64,000 nucleotides of DNA from NCBI RefSeq assembly GCF_006345805.1, contig NC_043018.1, positions 14,322,001-14,386,000 of the forward strand. The letters are read 5' to 3'. The DNA is from Octopus sinensis. Lineage: Eukaryota. Positions 10,768-24,536 of the stretch are shown piece by piece. The position numbers and the translations under genes are program-made. The first letter of the stretch is position 1, and each line of letters opens with the position of its first letter. Below the pieces are notes generated by a model, which worked only from the letters and a program-made list of their open reading frames with translations, did no database searches and was not told the DNA's origin.

Positions 10768-13560
10768 ATTTTGCCCGGACTGGTAGTCAGTCCCTCATTA
10801 AAAACTCCTTTATAATAACAATAATAACAATAATAGTGGTAGTAGTAGTGGTGGTGGTAACAGTAGAAGTAGTAATGATGGTAGTTGTGGTGGTAATAGT
10901 AATAATAGTAGCAGTGGTAATGGTGGTAATAATAATAGGGAGGCTGATGATGGAAACAGTAACGATAATGAAGATAACCCTAGAATGACCATTGACATGT
11001 ATGCCCACCCCTTTGACACTCAATTCTTCAACGTATGTGACAAAACTTACTGCATGAGCCGGATTTATCCAACAACATTACCCTTCAACAAAAGAGCCTA
11101 CATCCCAAGACGTACTAATGACCATATGGAAGCACAGTTCACTATAGCTAGGACCAAACTTAGACAGATTTTAGGATTATACACTAAGAGACAGAGACAG
11201 AATAAGACAGAGGCCCAACAACTCGGGATTAAACCTGCATGTGGCCTACATAAGCTCATTCAGCGCATGAGGAACGGAGAGGTGGTATGCCTTCCCACGG
11301 ATAAGTCCGGCAGGATGTCAATAGACAGCTTACCGAACTACATCCAGGCAATGCAACCTCATATCGCCAATACAAAAATAACAACTGTACAGGCGCATGA
11401 GGAGAGAGAAAAGGTCCTCAACGCCCACATGATGATGTGGACAATTGTTCTGGGACCCCAGAAACGTACAGCAAATAATTTCCAAGCCTGGAACAATGAT
11501 ATCCCGGCACTGTATGGACTTCGCAAGGACCATAAAGTAATTACTAACCCTATAGCAGGGCCACCAACAAGACCAATCTGTGGAGCGAATATCGCTAGCA
11601 ATTACAGAATCTCCTACTTCCTCTCAATGATCATACGCCCTATAATCCGGATGTCACCAGATGTTTGTGACAGCACAGAAGATCTCCTCAGCAGGATCGA
11701 TGACTGTAACAGCACTTGTGACCTGACAGGATGTATGGTGGGTAGCATGGATGTGGTATCCCTATACCCATCGATCGACGTAGATTTTGCGGTGGAGAAG
11801 TGCGTGAAGATGATTAATGAGAGCCAGGTGGAGTTCCGTAATGTCAACACAGAAGAACTGGGCCTCCTACTTAGACTGACATGTAATACTGAATACTTAG
11901 ATAAACATAATCTTAGTAGTTTCTGCCCCAGTAGATGTTTAAGAGGTAGACCGCCCACAATTACTTCTATGGCTAGGAAGACACATATAGAAAGATGGCG
12001 CGGATGGACCAGAGCCATACGGAGCCCCGCAAATGTCCATCAGATAAAGAAAATGATTGCACATGCAGTAGGAGCTAGTATAAGAGTTACCCTAAAAGGC
12101 CACACGTTTAAGTTTAATAATAAAATATATGCCCAGGACGAGGGGGCAGCCATCGGCGTTAGTATCGCTGGTGATGTGGCCAACCTTTTCATGGTATGGT
12201 GGGACAGAAGGCTTAAAGAACGCCTAACACAGAACTCCATACTCGTAAACATGTACTCTCGCTATGTTGATGATATCAACATAGTGGTAAAGGCACCCCC
12301 ACAAGAGAGTAATGTTGATATAGTAATAGAAACTAATACTATGGAGAGCATCCAGCAAATAGCTAACTCCATCCACCAGAGTATTAAGGTCACAATAGAC
12401 TACCCCACTAAACACCCCAACCATAGACTACCAGTACTAGACACTGAACTCGGCTAGAAATTGCGAATAATAAAACCCAAATCCTTCATTCATGCTATGC
12501 CAAACCTATGGCCTCAAAATACTTGATCCACCGGAACTCAGCCATTGCGGACAATGCCAAATTCAATATTTTGATGGCAGACCTCGTCAGAATAATGAGA
12601 AATGTGTCACGCATGTGCGAGCCCACAGAGTTAAAGAGACACATACAATATTTCATTCACCGCATGCAGTTCTCAGGTTACAGCCATAAAGAAAGGATCA
12701 GAGTATACAAAGGAGCCATGAAGAAATTTTATAATATATTATGTAATGATAGGAATGGGATTTGCCCACTCTATAGGAACAAGTCATGGAACACTATAGA
12801 AAAGACAAAAAAGAAAATAGGGAAGGCCAACTCTTGGTATGATAGCCATAAATACCAGAGTGTCATGTTCGTTGACACCACCCCTGGAGGTGAACTGGCG
12901 TACCGCTTGAGAAGGACCCTAGACAAACTTAAACTAAGAATTAAGGTTGTTGAAAAGCCAGAAAACCCTATCAAATCTATAATTGGTAGAACCTATCCTT
13001 TTAGTAGAACCCCCTGTACGGATAAGTACTGTACTGTATGTAGATTTAGCCCACAAACAAACTGTAAAGCCAGAAATGTAGTCTATAGTATAAGATGTAT
13101 AGAGGGACGATGCAGTAACAAGACAACGACATACGTAGGGAAACGGCAAGAAGCATAGGAGAGCGGGTAAATGAGCATTGGAGACAACTCAAGGAAGATA
13201 AAAGCTCATCGATTCTGTACTAACATACCGAACAGGAAGAAGGGGGATCAATCAATAACATAGAAATTAAAATATTATCCACACATAGATCAGATGCAAC
13301 AATTAGACAAATTACAGAAGCTACACAGCACAGCACACAGGAATTCATGAGGTTATGGCGGGAAAAAAATTGTGTATCATTAAGGGCGATTTAGTTGTTG
13401 TTTTTAACACATCTTAAAACCACCTGATACCTTCCTCGTTCTTTTGTCATTCTGACATTGTATTGATGATTTTTACAATCTTTCTCCCCATAATCACATT
13501 AAATAGAGTGATGGTGCACCCCATGGTGGTCCTTGGCAGGGATTTAAGCAAATATGTGGG
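10763..13560 (+). mobile_element. Penelope-like element: RT plus C-terminal GIY-YIG endonuclease, frameshifted
   Basis: ORF 10985-12457 has PLE RT motifs (GSMDVVSLYPSID, QDEGAAIG, YSRYVDDI). After a 1-nt frameshift near 12450 it continues as 12508-13158 to VYSIRC...TYVG, then after another shift ETARSIGERVNEHW (GIY-YIG). Confidence 0.9.
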
Positions 13561-13858
13561 CTGTCCATATTTGAAACTCTGTTAGGGCTTATGTGGATGG
13601 CGAGGGGCTTTGTTTTTTTTTTTTTTTGCAATATCGTATAAATTCTTGTGTGTAGAACACAAATTCGCAAAATTTTTCTGAAAATTCCATTGAATAAAGG
13701 AAGCTGAGAGGTTAAATGGGCTGCTTAAACCGGAATTCCGTAAAAGCGTCTTCCTTTTTGGCAAAAGGAGAAAACTCAGAGAGGGCCACGACCCCTCTTC
13801 TCATAGAAGCAAATCTAAGGACGGACCGATGTAAAGCAGTCAAAGAAACCTAACTATA

Positions 13859-14010
13859 TTATTGGGTTGTCCGGAAACTTCGTGCCGATTTTTAAAAGAA
13901 AGAAAAGGGTCAATAAATACTTGCCATTACATTTTTAATCAACCAAATATGAACCATTTTGTTTCACAATGCGTCTCCACCTTTCCTTTAACTTGAAAAG
14001 ACCCTCTGAT
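13859..14010 (-). mobile_element. Mariner 3' end/TIR fragment
   Basis: tattgggttgtccggaaacttcgtgccgatttttaaaag is the reverse complement of the mariner end at ~41640-41748. Confidence 0.8.
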
Positions 14011-14022
14011 TTCTTTAAGCAT

Positions 14023-14055
<33 letters not shown>

Positions 14056-14141
14056 ATATATTTGCCATGCGTCTACATATATGTATATATATATATATAT
14101 GTACGTATATATATAAATATATATATGTATATATATATATG

Positions 14142-14191
<50 letters not shown>

Positions 14192-14198
<7 letters not shown>

Positions 14199-17100
14199 TT
14201 TTCTAGTTTCAGCTCAGAGCTGCGGCCATGCTGATGCACCGCCGTTTTGTGCTACACTGTTATTGCGACGAACCTCGTCTAATATGTGGCACTTGGTGAA
14301 GAATGGAATTTGATATAGCTACTCTCATTTGTACCTCTTGCCGTGAGGTAGGTTCATCTGGGACTCTTGACAGGAAGATGTCCAGCTTTGATATAAAAAC
14401 CGCTACATCTACTTTGTGCAAGTTCCTCAGACTCTTTGGGAGAATATTAAAAAGCTGTGGGCCCTTGAAACCCAGGCTGTTGCAGAAGCTGGTCCTGAAG
14501 CGTGATGGCATTGCTGGGATCTTTGGCACTATGCAGTGTCGTCCCGTTCTAGCATTGGTGTAGCTTACAATGCCAAAATTTGGCACAGTTCCTTCCAGGA
14601 TCTTCCAGACATATATTACTGCATACCTCTCCCGTCTTCTCTCCAGGGAGTAAAGTCTTAGCTGTTTCAACCTTTCCCAGTAGCTGAGCTGTTGCAAAGA
14701 GACGATCTTCTTTGTGAATCTTCTCTGGATTGCTTCAAGGTTTGCTGTTAATTTTACACTGGTGGGTGACCATAGCTGTGAGCAGTAATCCAGGCGACTG
14801 AGGACGAATGTTCGCCAGAGGACCATCATGGTTTCCTTATCTCTGGTTCTGAATGTTCTTAGGATCCACCCAGCCAGTCGTCTGCACTTTGTCGCCATCC
14901 TGGTAATGTGCACTTGGAAAGTGGTATCATCACTCATGTCGATACCCAGGTCCCTCACAGACTTGGGCTCTGGGATTGAAATTCCCTGTGGACCGGTGTA
15001 TCCTGTAAGTTTAATATTCAGTTTTGGATGCTGGTAGCGCAGGGCCTGGAATTTTTCAGCATTAAACTGCATATTATTATCCTCAGCCCATCTGTAGATT
15101 GAGTCCAACTCCTGCTGCAGGTGTGCAACATCGCTGGGGATCTGTATTTTCTGCGAGACTTTCGTATCGTCTGTATAGCTGGCCAGAGTGGCTATCCGGG
15201 CATATCTGAGAGGCCACTATAAAAAGCAGTGGTCCCAAGACAATGCCCTGTGGAACACCGCTCACTATTTGTGTGTTCATAGAGGTGGCTCCATTAACCA
15301 CTACTGCCTGACTCCTATCTTTCAGGAAGTCATGCAACCACACTCCAAGTTTTCCAGCTATGCCGAGGTCACGTAGTTTGTGGCATATCATACCATGATC
15401 CACCTTGTGAAAAGCTTTTGCAAAATCAAGGTAGATTACGTCCACATTTGATTTGTTGAGTAACTGCCTCAACACCCAGTCATAATGCTGTAAGAGCTGG
15501 GTCAGGCAGCTCCTACCTGGTCGAAAACCATGCTGGGTATTACTCAGCAAGTTATTTTCCTCAAGGAATGCGATTAGTTTCTTTCTGACTATCCTTTCCA
15601 TGACTTTGCTGATGTTTGAAGTCAGAGAGATAGGCCTATAGTTTTTGGCATCTGCTCTACTTCCCTCTTTATGTATTGGGCATATTATTCCCTCCTTCAG
15701 CTTGCTTGGCAGTTTGCCATTTGTAAGAAAGCTCTGGAAGAGAATCTTGAGGGGTTTTGCCAGGGCATGCTTACACGCTTTGAGGAGGATGGCTGGGAAA
15801 CCGTCTGGACCAGCAGCTGAGTTTGTGTCTACTTCATCTATGGCTAGTAGGACATCTTTTTCGCTAATGTCAATACATTCTATTGTAACCGCCTCGCTGG
15901 TTATAGGTGAGGCGGCAAAGAAGTCAACTGGTTCGTTCACTTGTCTGTGTTCCAACGGGGTGGTAAAGACACTTTTGAACTGGCCATTCAGCATCTCACT
16001 GATCACAGTTGGACTGTCTGTGAGGGAGCCACCCTTTTGGAGGAGGGGTCCTATCTTGTAGTGCACTGAGACTGTTTCTTTCGTGTAATGAAAGAAGGCC
16101 TTTGGGTTTGATTTAATGTTTTTTATAACCCAGGCTTCTTTGTCTGCTTTCTCCTTCACATAGGATTGTTGCAGCCTTTTTTCTATCTCCATCAGTGTTG
16201 TTTTTAGGCGAGACGTTTCGCTACTTTTGGGATGTTGGTTGAGACGATTTGCAACCTTCGTCCGTCGTCTCATGAGGATCTTCCTGTCTCTTGGAATCTT
16301 GCTCCTGTTTGTTTTGGTCTTGTGCTCTGGGACATATTTCTGGCATACGGCTTGCACAGAAGACATGAAACATTCTAGTTTCATGTCAATGTCTGGTGTG
16401 GAGAGACATTCCGGCCAGTCCTCTCTGAGGATCTCTTTTTGGATCGATTTCCAATCTGCTTTGTGGAAGTTCAGATTGGAGAGATTTCGGGTGCTTCCTT
16501 TAGGCTGTATGTCTCTGGTCACTTTCGGCCCAAACATAGACAGCTCTATTATGTTGTGATCCGAAACTGATGTCGGTGTCACTTTCACATCATGAATGAT
16601 GTCCATATTGTTCGTGAAGCAGAGATCCAGAATGTTATTCGCCCTAGTTGGCTTGAGTACAACTTGCACCATGAATAAGGCATTGGTGAGGTTGAGCAGG
16701 GACTCCACCTGTACTTGCTTGCAATGATTCATTCCTGAGAGTATGTGACCTTCGGGCCACTTGACGTTGGGGAAGTTGAAATCACCCATAAGAAATATGG
16801 TCACGTGGTGTTCCATATTCATGAGGATTTCTTTCATTCTTGTGAGGCAATCTTCAAACTTGCCTATGTGATTTGGGGCATCCGGTGGGCAATATTCATT
16901 GCATATGACTATACTATGTTGTCTTATGTATACAATTAAGGTGTCACATACCGAATTTGAGTATATCATCAAGACCTGGGGTGTGAGGTTATCTCGGATG
17001 TATACAGCAACTCCACCATGGCTCCTTTCCCTTCTGTCTGTTCGCAGTATGGCATAGTTTGGTATGTGTACTTCTGCGTCCTCTCTATCAAGGTTGAGGT

Positions 17101-17312
17101 GAGTTTCCACAAGTGCTATGCATAGGGCTTGATTGCATGCAGTAAGATCTCTCAGGAAAGAAATTTTGTTTCTATTTTGATGCAACAGGCCCCCAATATT
17201 TAGTAAAAGTATTGGGGTGACGGCTGTGCAGGCGTTAGGGGAGGCCATCCCGTGTCTGTTGACTGTGGTGGTCTTGCATAGTGGTGGGCAGGGTACCTTC
17301 TCTGTGCTTGGT
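14192..17312 (-). mobile_element. CR1-group LINE ORF2 (AP endonuclease + RT), near intact
   Basis: ORF 15083-17368: APE motifs (LNIGGL, LVETHL, GGVAVYI, MGDFN, SDHNII) and RT (AAGPDGF, NYRPISLTS, DFAKAFHKV). One frameshift near 15200 (true frame ...LASYTDDTK), continuing into 14260-15108; ends in a poly(A) tail at ~14190; 5' edge abuts (TA)n. Confidence 0.92.
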
Positions 17313-17444
17313 GTATATATATATATATATATATATTGAAATCTGGTCGATTGGAACTTCGAAGCCACAGCATCCCGGAGTCTTGGGTTTTTTTTTCAAA
17401 AGAAACAAGTGCAGTACGAACCGTTCAAAATCTAAGGTTTATTC

Positions 17445-17731
17445 CAGGGTTTCTCAAACGGGGTTCAAATAAGATTTTTGGGGGTCTACGGTAAATTTTC
17501 ATGGGCCATGAAAAAATGCTTGAGACCAGTAAAGCTTTTGTGCAATGAATTGGTTTATACGTCCAGAATACAAAAAATATTTTAACAATTTTTACACGAG
17601 TCCTAATAATATTTAATTATAAAATTACAGTAAGATTTTTAAAACGTGGAACGGCTACGGAGACCCCCCACCCGCCCAAGTAAAATAGGAATGAAAGGGG
17701 TTCATAGATAAAAAGTGATTGAGAACCCTTG
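17445..17731. mobile_element. hAT (Charlie-like) MITE
   Basis: TIRs CAGGGTTTCTCAA / TTGAGAACCCTTG; 8-bp TSD gtttattc / ttttattc (7/8). Confidence 0.8.
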
Positions 17732-18049
17732 TTTTATTCATAGAAGCAAAGGAAAAAAATGATAAGGGACCACTGAATGATTTCAAAGAATTTATTTCAT
17801 AAAATTTATATCATCTTGTAAACTGATTTATTGAGAACATATGACATGAAAATGTTAACCCTTTTGTCACGAGATTTCTGTAGAAATACATGGTTTTTAT
17901 TTCGTTTAATTTTGAAAATGATTAATAATTTAGTGAAATAACTGTCTTGGAATGTTTTCAGTGACCAAGGACCATCATGAACTCTCAACTGATATTTGCA
18001 ACATGAACTAGCATAAAACTTTGAAAGAAAATTTTAATTAAGACTATCA

Positions 18050-18345
18050 GTATCGCCCTGCGTTGCTCGGGTTTGTAAGGGAAATAACTATATAATCATG
18101 TTTAGAGAGTTACTTACCTTATATAATAGCAAAAAAATGCATTAAAAATGGGAAAAAATGATGGTAAATTTTTTTTAAATCGTAGACTCATCGTAGACGC
18201 GCGGTAATACCCAGAAGGGCTCGATATGAATCACGACTATAAGATACCCGCATTTGGTTAAACTGCACCGCAAAATGTGGGAGTAGTTAGGAATCTAAAT
18301 CGTAGGAGACAGACACTCACACAACTTCATTTTATATATAAAGAT
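18050..18345 (+). mobile_element. Helentron/DINE-1-like non-autonomous element (HINE)
   Basis: 5' actatcagtatcgccctgcgttgctcggg subterminal palindrome and 3' ...ttttatatataaagat end typical of HINEs. A related 5' end (actagcagagatacccggcgttgccc) occurs at ~44450-44475 (-) and ~62286 (+). Confidence 0.6.
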
Positions 18346-18350
18346 TACCT

Positions 18351-18577
18351 TTAACCCTTTTGTTAGCATATTTCTGCACAACTAGTGTACTTTGGTTTCA
18401 TTAGATTTTGAAAAAAATGAAGTTTATAAAATAACTTTGTCCTTTCTAAGTCTGTGTTTGGAATATAAATTCACAGGAAATTTCAATGGAAGATTTTACT
18501 TTATATAGCATTAAAACAGGAAGTTTGTATCATAGAACAAGGAACAGTCTCAGATGGTTTGGTATCCAAAGGGTTAA
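18351..18577. mobile_element. piggyBac-like MITE (second copy 22007-22233)
   Basis: TTAA-CCCTTT ... AAAGGG-TTAA termini. Confidence 0.75.
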
Positions 18578-18801
18578 ATAAACTTAAAGCTTCCAGTTTC
18601 ACATTAAAAAATTTATTCTTACATTCTTGATTAATTAGTTATTATACTTAAATGACTGAAAAATCACAACGGGATGCACAATCAGCATTAGGAAATAGTG
18701 TTGGAGAAGCGGACAGGTGATTTATGTAAAATGTGTACTGGTTAACCGTTTTATCAACAGATGCATTGTGTTATACATACATACATACATACATACATAC
18801 A

Positions 18802-18835
<34 letters not shown>

Positions 18836-18891
18836 CATACATTCACATACATACATACATACATACATACATACATACATACATACATACA

Positions 18892-18924
<33 letters not shown>

Positions 18925-18926
<2 letters not shown>

Positions 18927-20076
18927 GGAGACCGTTTTTGTAGAAGAACCCAGCTTGGTCCTCCAACCTCAACGTGACTTCAGAAATCAAGGTTGCATCA
19001 TCTGGGATGATTTCCTTTCAAAAACAACTTCATGATTGGGAAGAGGTGAAAATCAGAGGGTGCAAGGTCAGGAAAGTAGGGGGGATGGGGAGGAGTTCAT
19101 AGCCATACGCCTGTGCTTCTGATCTGGCGACAAGCGAGTTGTGGACCGGAGCGTTGTCCTGCAGGAGGAGGATGCCTTTGCTGATCTTGCCCCGCCTCTT
19201 GATTTTGATAACTTCTCTTAATTTCCTCAAAAGTGAAGCATAATAGGCTCCTGCAATTGTGGTACCCTTTGCCAGGAAATCTGTCATCACTACTCCGTCC
19301 TGGTCCCAGAAGACTGTGAGCATGACCTTGCCAGTGGAGGGCTGCACCCTTGCCTTCTTTGGAGGGGGTGAGTCACGGTGCTTCCACTGCATTGACTGGG
19401 CTTTGGTCTCTGGATCATCGTGATGGACCCAGGTTTCATCCTGTGTAATCAGTCTTTTGAAAAATTTTGACTCATCTTCTTGGCACATCTCCAAATTCAC
19501 CCTCGAGCACCCGACGCGTTCTTGCTTCTGGAAAGGCCTGAGCAACCTGGGAATCCATCTGGCAGACACCTTTTGCATATGCAAATGGTCATGAATGATA
19601 GTTTCCACAGACCCGGTACTAATCTTGACCTCATGGGCTATTTGGCGAATAATTATGCGTCGATCTTCCAAAATGGCAGCCTCAACTTGACAGACAGATG
19701 CCTCATCAATGGCAGAAGGGGGCGACCAGATCTGGGAGCTGTTTCCACAGAGTTCCGACCATGTTTGAATTCACGATGCCAGCGTTTTACAAGGTCATAT
19801 GATGGGGTATCATCACCATAAGTTACTTTCATTTCATCAAAAGTCTCCCGTGATGTGCGTCCTTTCAAATACAAAAACCGGATCACTGCTCGACACTCAA
19901 CAGGCTCCATTTCACACTTGACTCGGTTCAAACACCTGTAAATCAGAAACCACAATTAATTCAGAGCTGTAATTTGCCACCTACTCTATAGAGATATAAA
20001 TGATTGCACATGCAAACTTTCAGTTAGATCAAACAAGTGTAAGTGGGTCAGAGGCATTACTTATTGAACGTCCCTC

Positions 20077-20079
<3 letters not shown>
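18925..20079 (-). mobile_element. Mariner (Tc1/mariner) transposon, 3'-truncated, frameshifted
   Basis: TIR TACGAGGGACGTTCAATAAGT at 20079-20059 next to (TA)n; transposase in 19653-19955 (HTH) and 19030-19671 (WIPRLL, TQDETWVHH, LLQDNAP; PP.F PDLAPSDF after a shift). Confidence 0.92.
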
Positions 20080-20147
<68 letters not shown>

Positions 20148-21705
20148 TTAGGGAGTAAATCCAAACTTACAGGGAAAAATTAGATTTTAGATTAAATCTA
20201 ATTATACAGTATAAGTATATATATTAAATTAGAGATAAAACCACTATTAGGGTTCATCACAAAACATCGCAAAGCTAAGTATATATTTATATTTAAGATT
20301 TTAAAATTTTAAAATTTAAATATTTTAATAAGTCTTAATGTATAATATTGTATTTTATATAAATACTGATGGTTATGTAATGATCTAGTTATCGTAGTTT
20401 TTTCTATATAATTATTAGATATTAACTTTACGTTTATTCCTAAGACTTTACTTAGCCAAAGAGATATATAGATTGTTAACAGTTATACGAGTTTTTTAAA
20501 GTTAGGTTTCATGTATATACATGTATTGATAGCATAAATTTTAGTCTTAAATAACTATATTTGTTGATAGCTATTTAAATTTTTTATAATTGTTATTATA
20601 ACTTAAGTATTGTTTTTTTAAAAGTTGATAATTGGTAGTAATATTTTTTCCATTGATAAATATATTCGTAGTATTTATTTCTATATAACTACGGATTGAT
20701 TATTTCATTAAGTAATTTATTATTTCATTTTAGTTTCTTAACTATACGATTTTTGAAAGTTATTAGCCAACGAGATATATGGATCATTAATTAGTTATAG
20801 CGTTCTTTTAAGATTGTTTGTTTGTTTGTCTACAATTAGCTATTTCATCTTTAATCTTTTAGTATTTTTATAAGTAATAATGAATAATTAATTCATTTGG
20901 TCTTTATTATACGTGCATATATATTTATTGATAGAGATAATTTCAGATCTTAATTCTTATATTTATATACATTTATATATTTTCATTGATAATTTAGTTA
21001 TTATTCAAATAATATATAATTATTTGACTTGAAATTATATTTAATAATATGAATAGTTTTTTTTTTGTAAAATATTTATGAAATTAGATATTGACTATAA
21101 CTGAGATTAGATTATTTGTGGGTTTCTTACCTTAAAAATTAATACTTAAAAATTTAATATTTAACATTATAATCGATTGTATGACATAATCATAATCGTT
21201 AAAGTTTCTAGTTTGATAATAGTTTTTTATAAGAAAAATTATTTTATTTATTTCTTTAAAAATATTGTTTAAATATTTTTGATTATTTATTTAAAGATTG
21301 ACTATAACCATAATTCGAATTATTAATTGAATTTAAATTATTGTTATTCGAATTAGGTAATGGGCATGAAACGATCGTAGTGGTTTTACTCTTTATCTTA
21401 TATTAAACTTTTTAATGCTTTTTGATAGTTATATTAAAAAAAACTAAATTAAAATAAAATAATAATAATAATAAAAATATAAATAATATATATATATATA
21501 CATATATATAAATTTATAAGTATGAATTAATAATTTAAATAATTTTTTAAAATTTTAACTTTAAATTTAAATAATTTAAATTTTGAATTTTATATTTTAT
21601 ATATTTTGTATATTATATTAATTAATTCTATTTCTATGTATTTGTTTATGTTTTTCACTGTTTGATTTGCCTAATAGTGGTTTTACCTCTAATTTAATAT
21701 ATATA
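20148..21705. mobile_element. Extremely AT-rich repeat with terminal inverted repeats and a decayed hammerhead; probable PLE derivative
   Basis: atattaaattagagataaaaccactattagg (20221-20251) is inverted at ~21667-21698; body aligns by eye in reverse with 46270-47770; carries ...TTAAAGA ttgactat...gggcat GAAAC GATC GTA gtgg at ~21290-21385. PLE origin is inference. Confidence 0.6.
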
Positions 21706-21769
21706 TATATACATATATATATATAGAAAATAGTAAAACTTTTTTACCTATATATATATATATATATAT

Positions 21770-22651
<882 letters not shown>

Positions 22652-22743
22652 TAAGAATATGAAAGCTGTGGGCAAAGAAATGTTGAAACAGTTCTCTTGA
22701 TAGCACCGCCTACATGACCATCACCAACGTGTCTGAAATTTGC

Positions 22744-22914
22744 ACGCAGGAGTGGCTGTGTGGTAAGTAGCTTGCTAACCAACTACATGGTTCCGGGTCC
22801 AGTCCCACTGTGTGGCACCTTGGGCAAGTGTCTTCTACTGTAGCCTCGGGGCGACCAAAGCCTTGTGAGTTGATTTTGGTAGACGGAAACTGAAAGGAGA
22901 CCGTCGTATATATG

Positions 22915-22945
<31 letters not shown>

Positions 22946-23160
22946 ATGTGTGTGTTTGTGTGTCTGTATTTGTCCCCCTAGCATTGCCTGACAACCGATG
23001 CTGGTGTGCTTACGTCCCCATCACTTAGCGGTTCGGCAAAAGAGACCGATAGAATAAGTACTGGGCTTACAAAGAATAAGTCCCGGTGTCGATTTGCTCG
23101 ACTAAAGGCGGTGCTCCAGCATGGCCGCAGTCAAATGACTGAAACAAGTAAAAGAGGAAA
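22744..23160 (+). mobile_element. SINE family A, full length
   Basis: gcaggagtggctgtgtggtaag head with tRNA-like boxes, internal (TA)n(TG)n, 3' ggcggtgctccagcatggccgcagtcaaatgactgaaacaag. Confidence 0.9.
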
Positions 23161-23292
23161 GAGAGAGTAAAGGAATTTCACCGAACTCTTTATATAAATA
23201 CCGTTCGAATCTAACACATTATTCATTGTGGCTGTATGTAAATTAGTAATAACAATATACAGAATATGTTATGGTAATGATGTTGTTTGTAT

Positions 23293-23462
23293 AGGCGCAG
23301 GAGTGGCTGCGTGGTAAGTAGCTTGCCTGCCAACCACATGGTTCCGGGTTCAACCCCACTGCATGGCACCTTAGCCTCGGGCCGACCAAGGCCTTGTGAG
23401 TGGATTTAGTAGACGCAAACTGATAGAAGCCCGTCGAATATATGTACATATGTATGTATATA

Positions 23463-23538
<76 letters not shown>

Positions 23539-23732
23539 TGTGTGTGTGTGTGTGTTTGTGCCCCCGCCCCACAGCATCGCTTGGCAACCGATGGTGGTGT
23601 GTTTACGTCCCCGTAACTTACTGGCCGATAGAATAAGTAGTAGGCTTCCAAAAAATAAGCCCTGGGGTCGATTTGCTCGACTCAAGGCGGTACTCCAGCA
23701 TGGCCGCAGTCAAATGACTGAAACAAGTAAAT
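23293..23732 (+). mobile_element. SINE family A, full length
   Basis: Same structure as 22744-23160. Confidence 0.9.
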
Positions 23733-24443
23733 GAGCAAATAAGTAGATGAGATGTAGAACGAGTCTGTATAAGCTTCATTTGTTTGTTGCCTGTGCGCAT
23801 GCGTACAGCCGAAGAACCTCAAAAAGAGAGAATACCCTTAAGGATTTACAAATTCTCGTTTTACATCCCATCCATTTTATTTGCAGAATATGCATTATTT
23901 TAGTCTTTACTCTTTGGATGCACTCCAGCTTTTCTAGTTTTGGTTTTTTGGTTAATGCATATCAGTTGCTAAGAAACAATTGAAAATATTACTGTTGGAT
24001 ATTACAGCGTTATATTTGTCGTAAGTTCTCCAAAAATGTTGTCCTTTTCCCACTTTATCAAGAAACAATAATGAAAATACTTCTGAAATTTTATTCCTAC
24101 CTCAATTATATATTTGCATTAGAACTTATAACTATTTTTGCAATTAGTTTTTAATGTCTTCGATAATGTGTCTGCTAGAGCAGGAATAACATGTATTTAA
24201 GCAACAATTTGGAAGCAGCGATTTTCTGGGATCAGTATACGTCGGCGTGTAAAAAACAGCTTATAGACATTGTCGTTTTTTTATTCAAAAGATTCATGTC
24301 CCCACTGAAGAACATTGACGTAACGGAGGACATAAATTTGATATTGCTTAAACTTACAATTTTTTGTATTAATATTTTTCACAGCTGTCCAGGTACGTGA
24401 ACTACATGAACTAACAAAATTAACATTGCATAAATCGTGCTGT

Positions 24444-24536
<93 letters not shown>

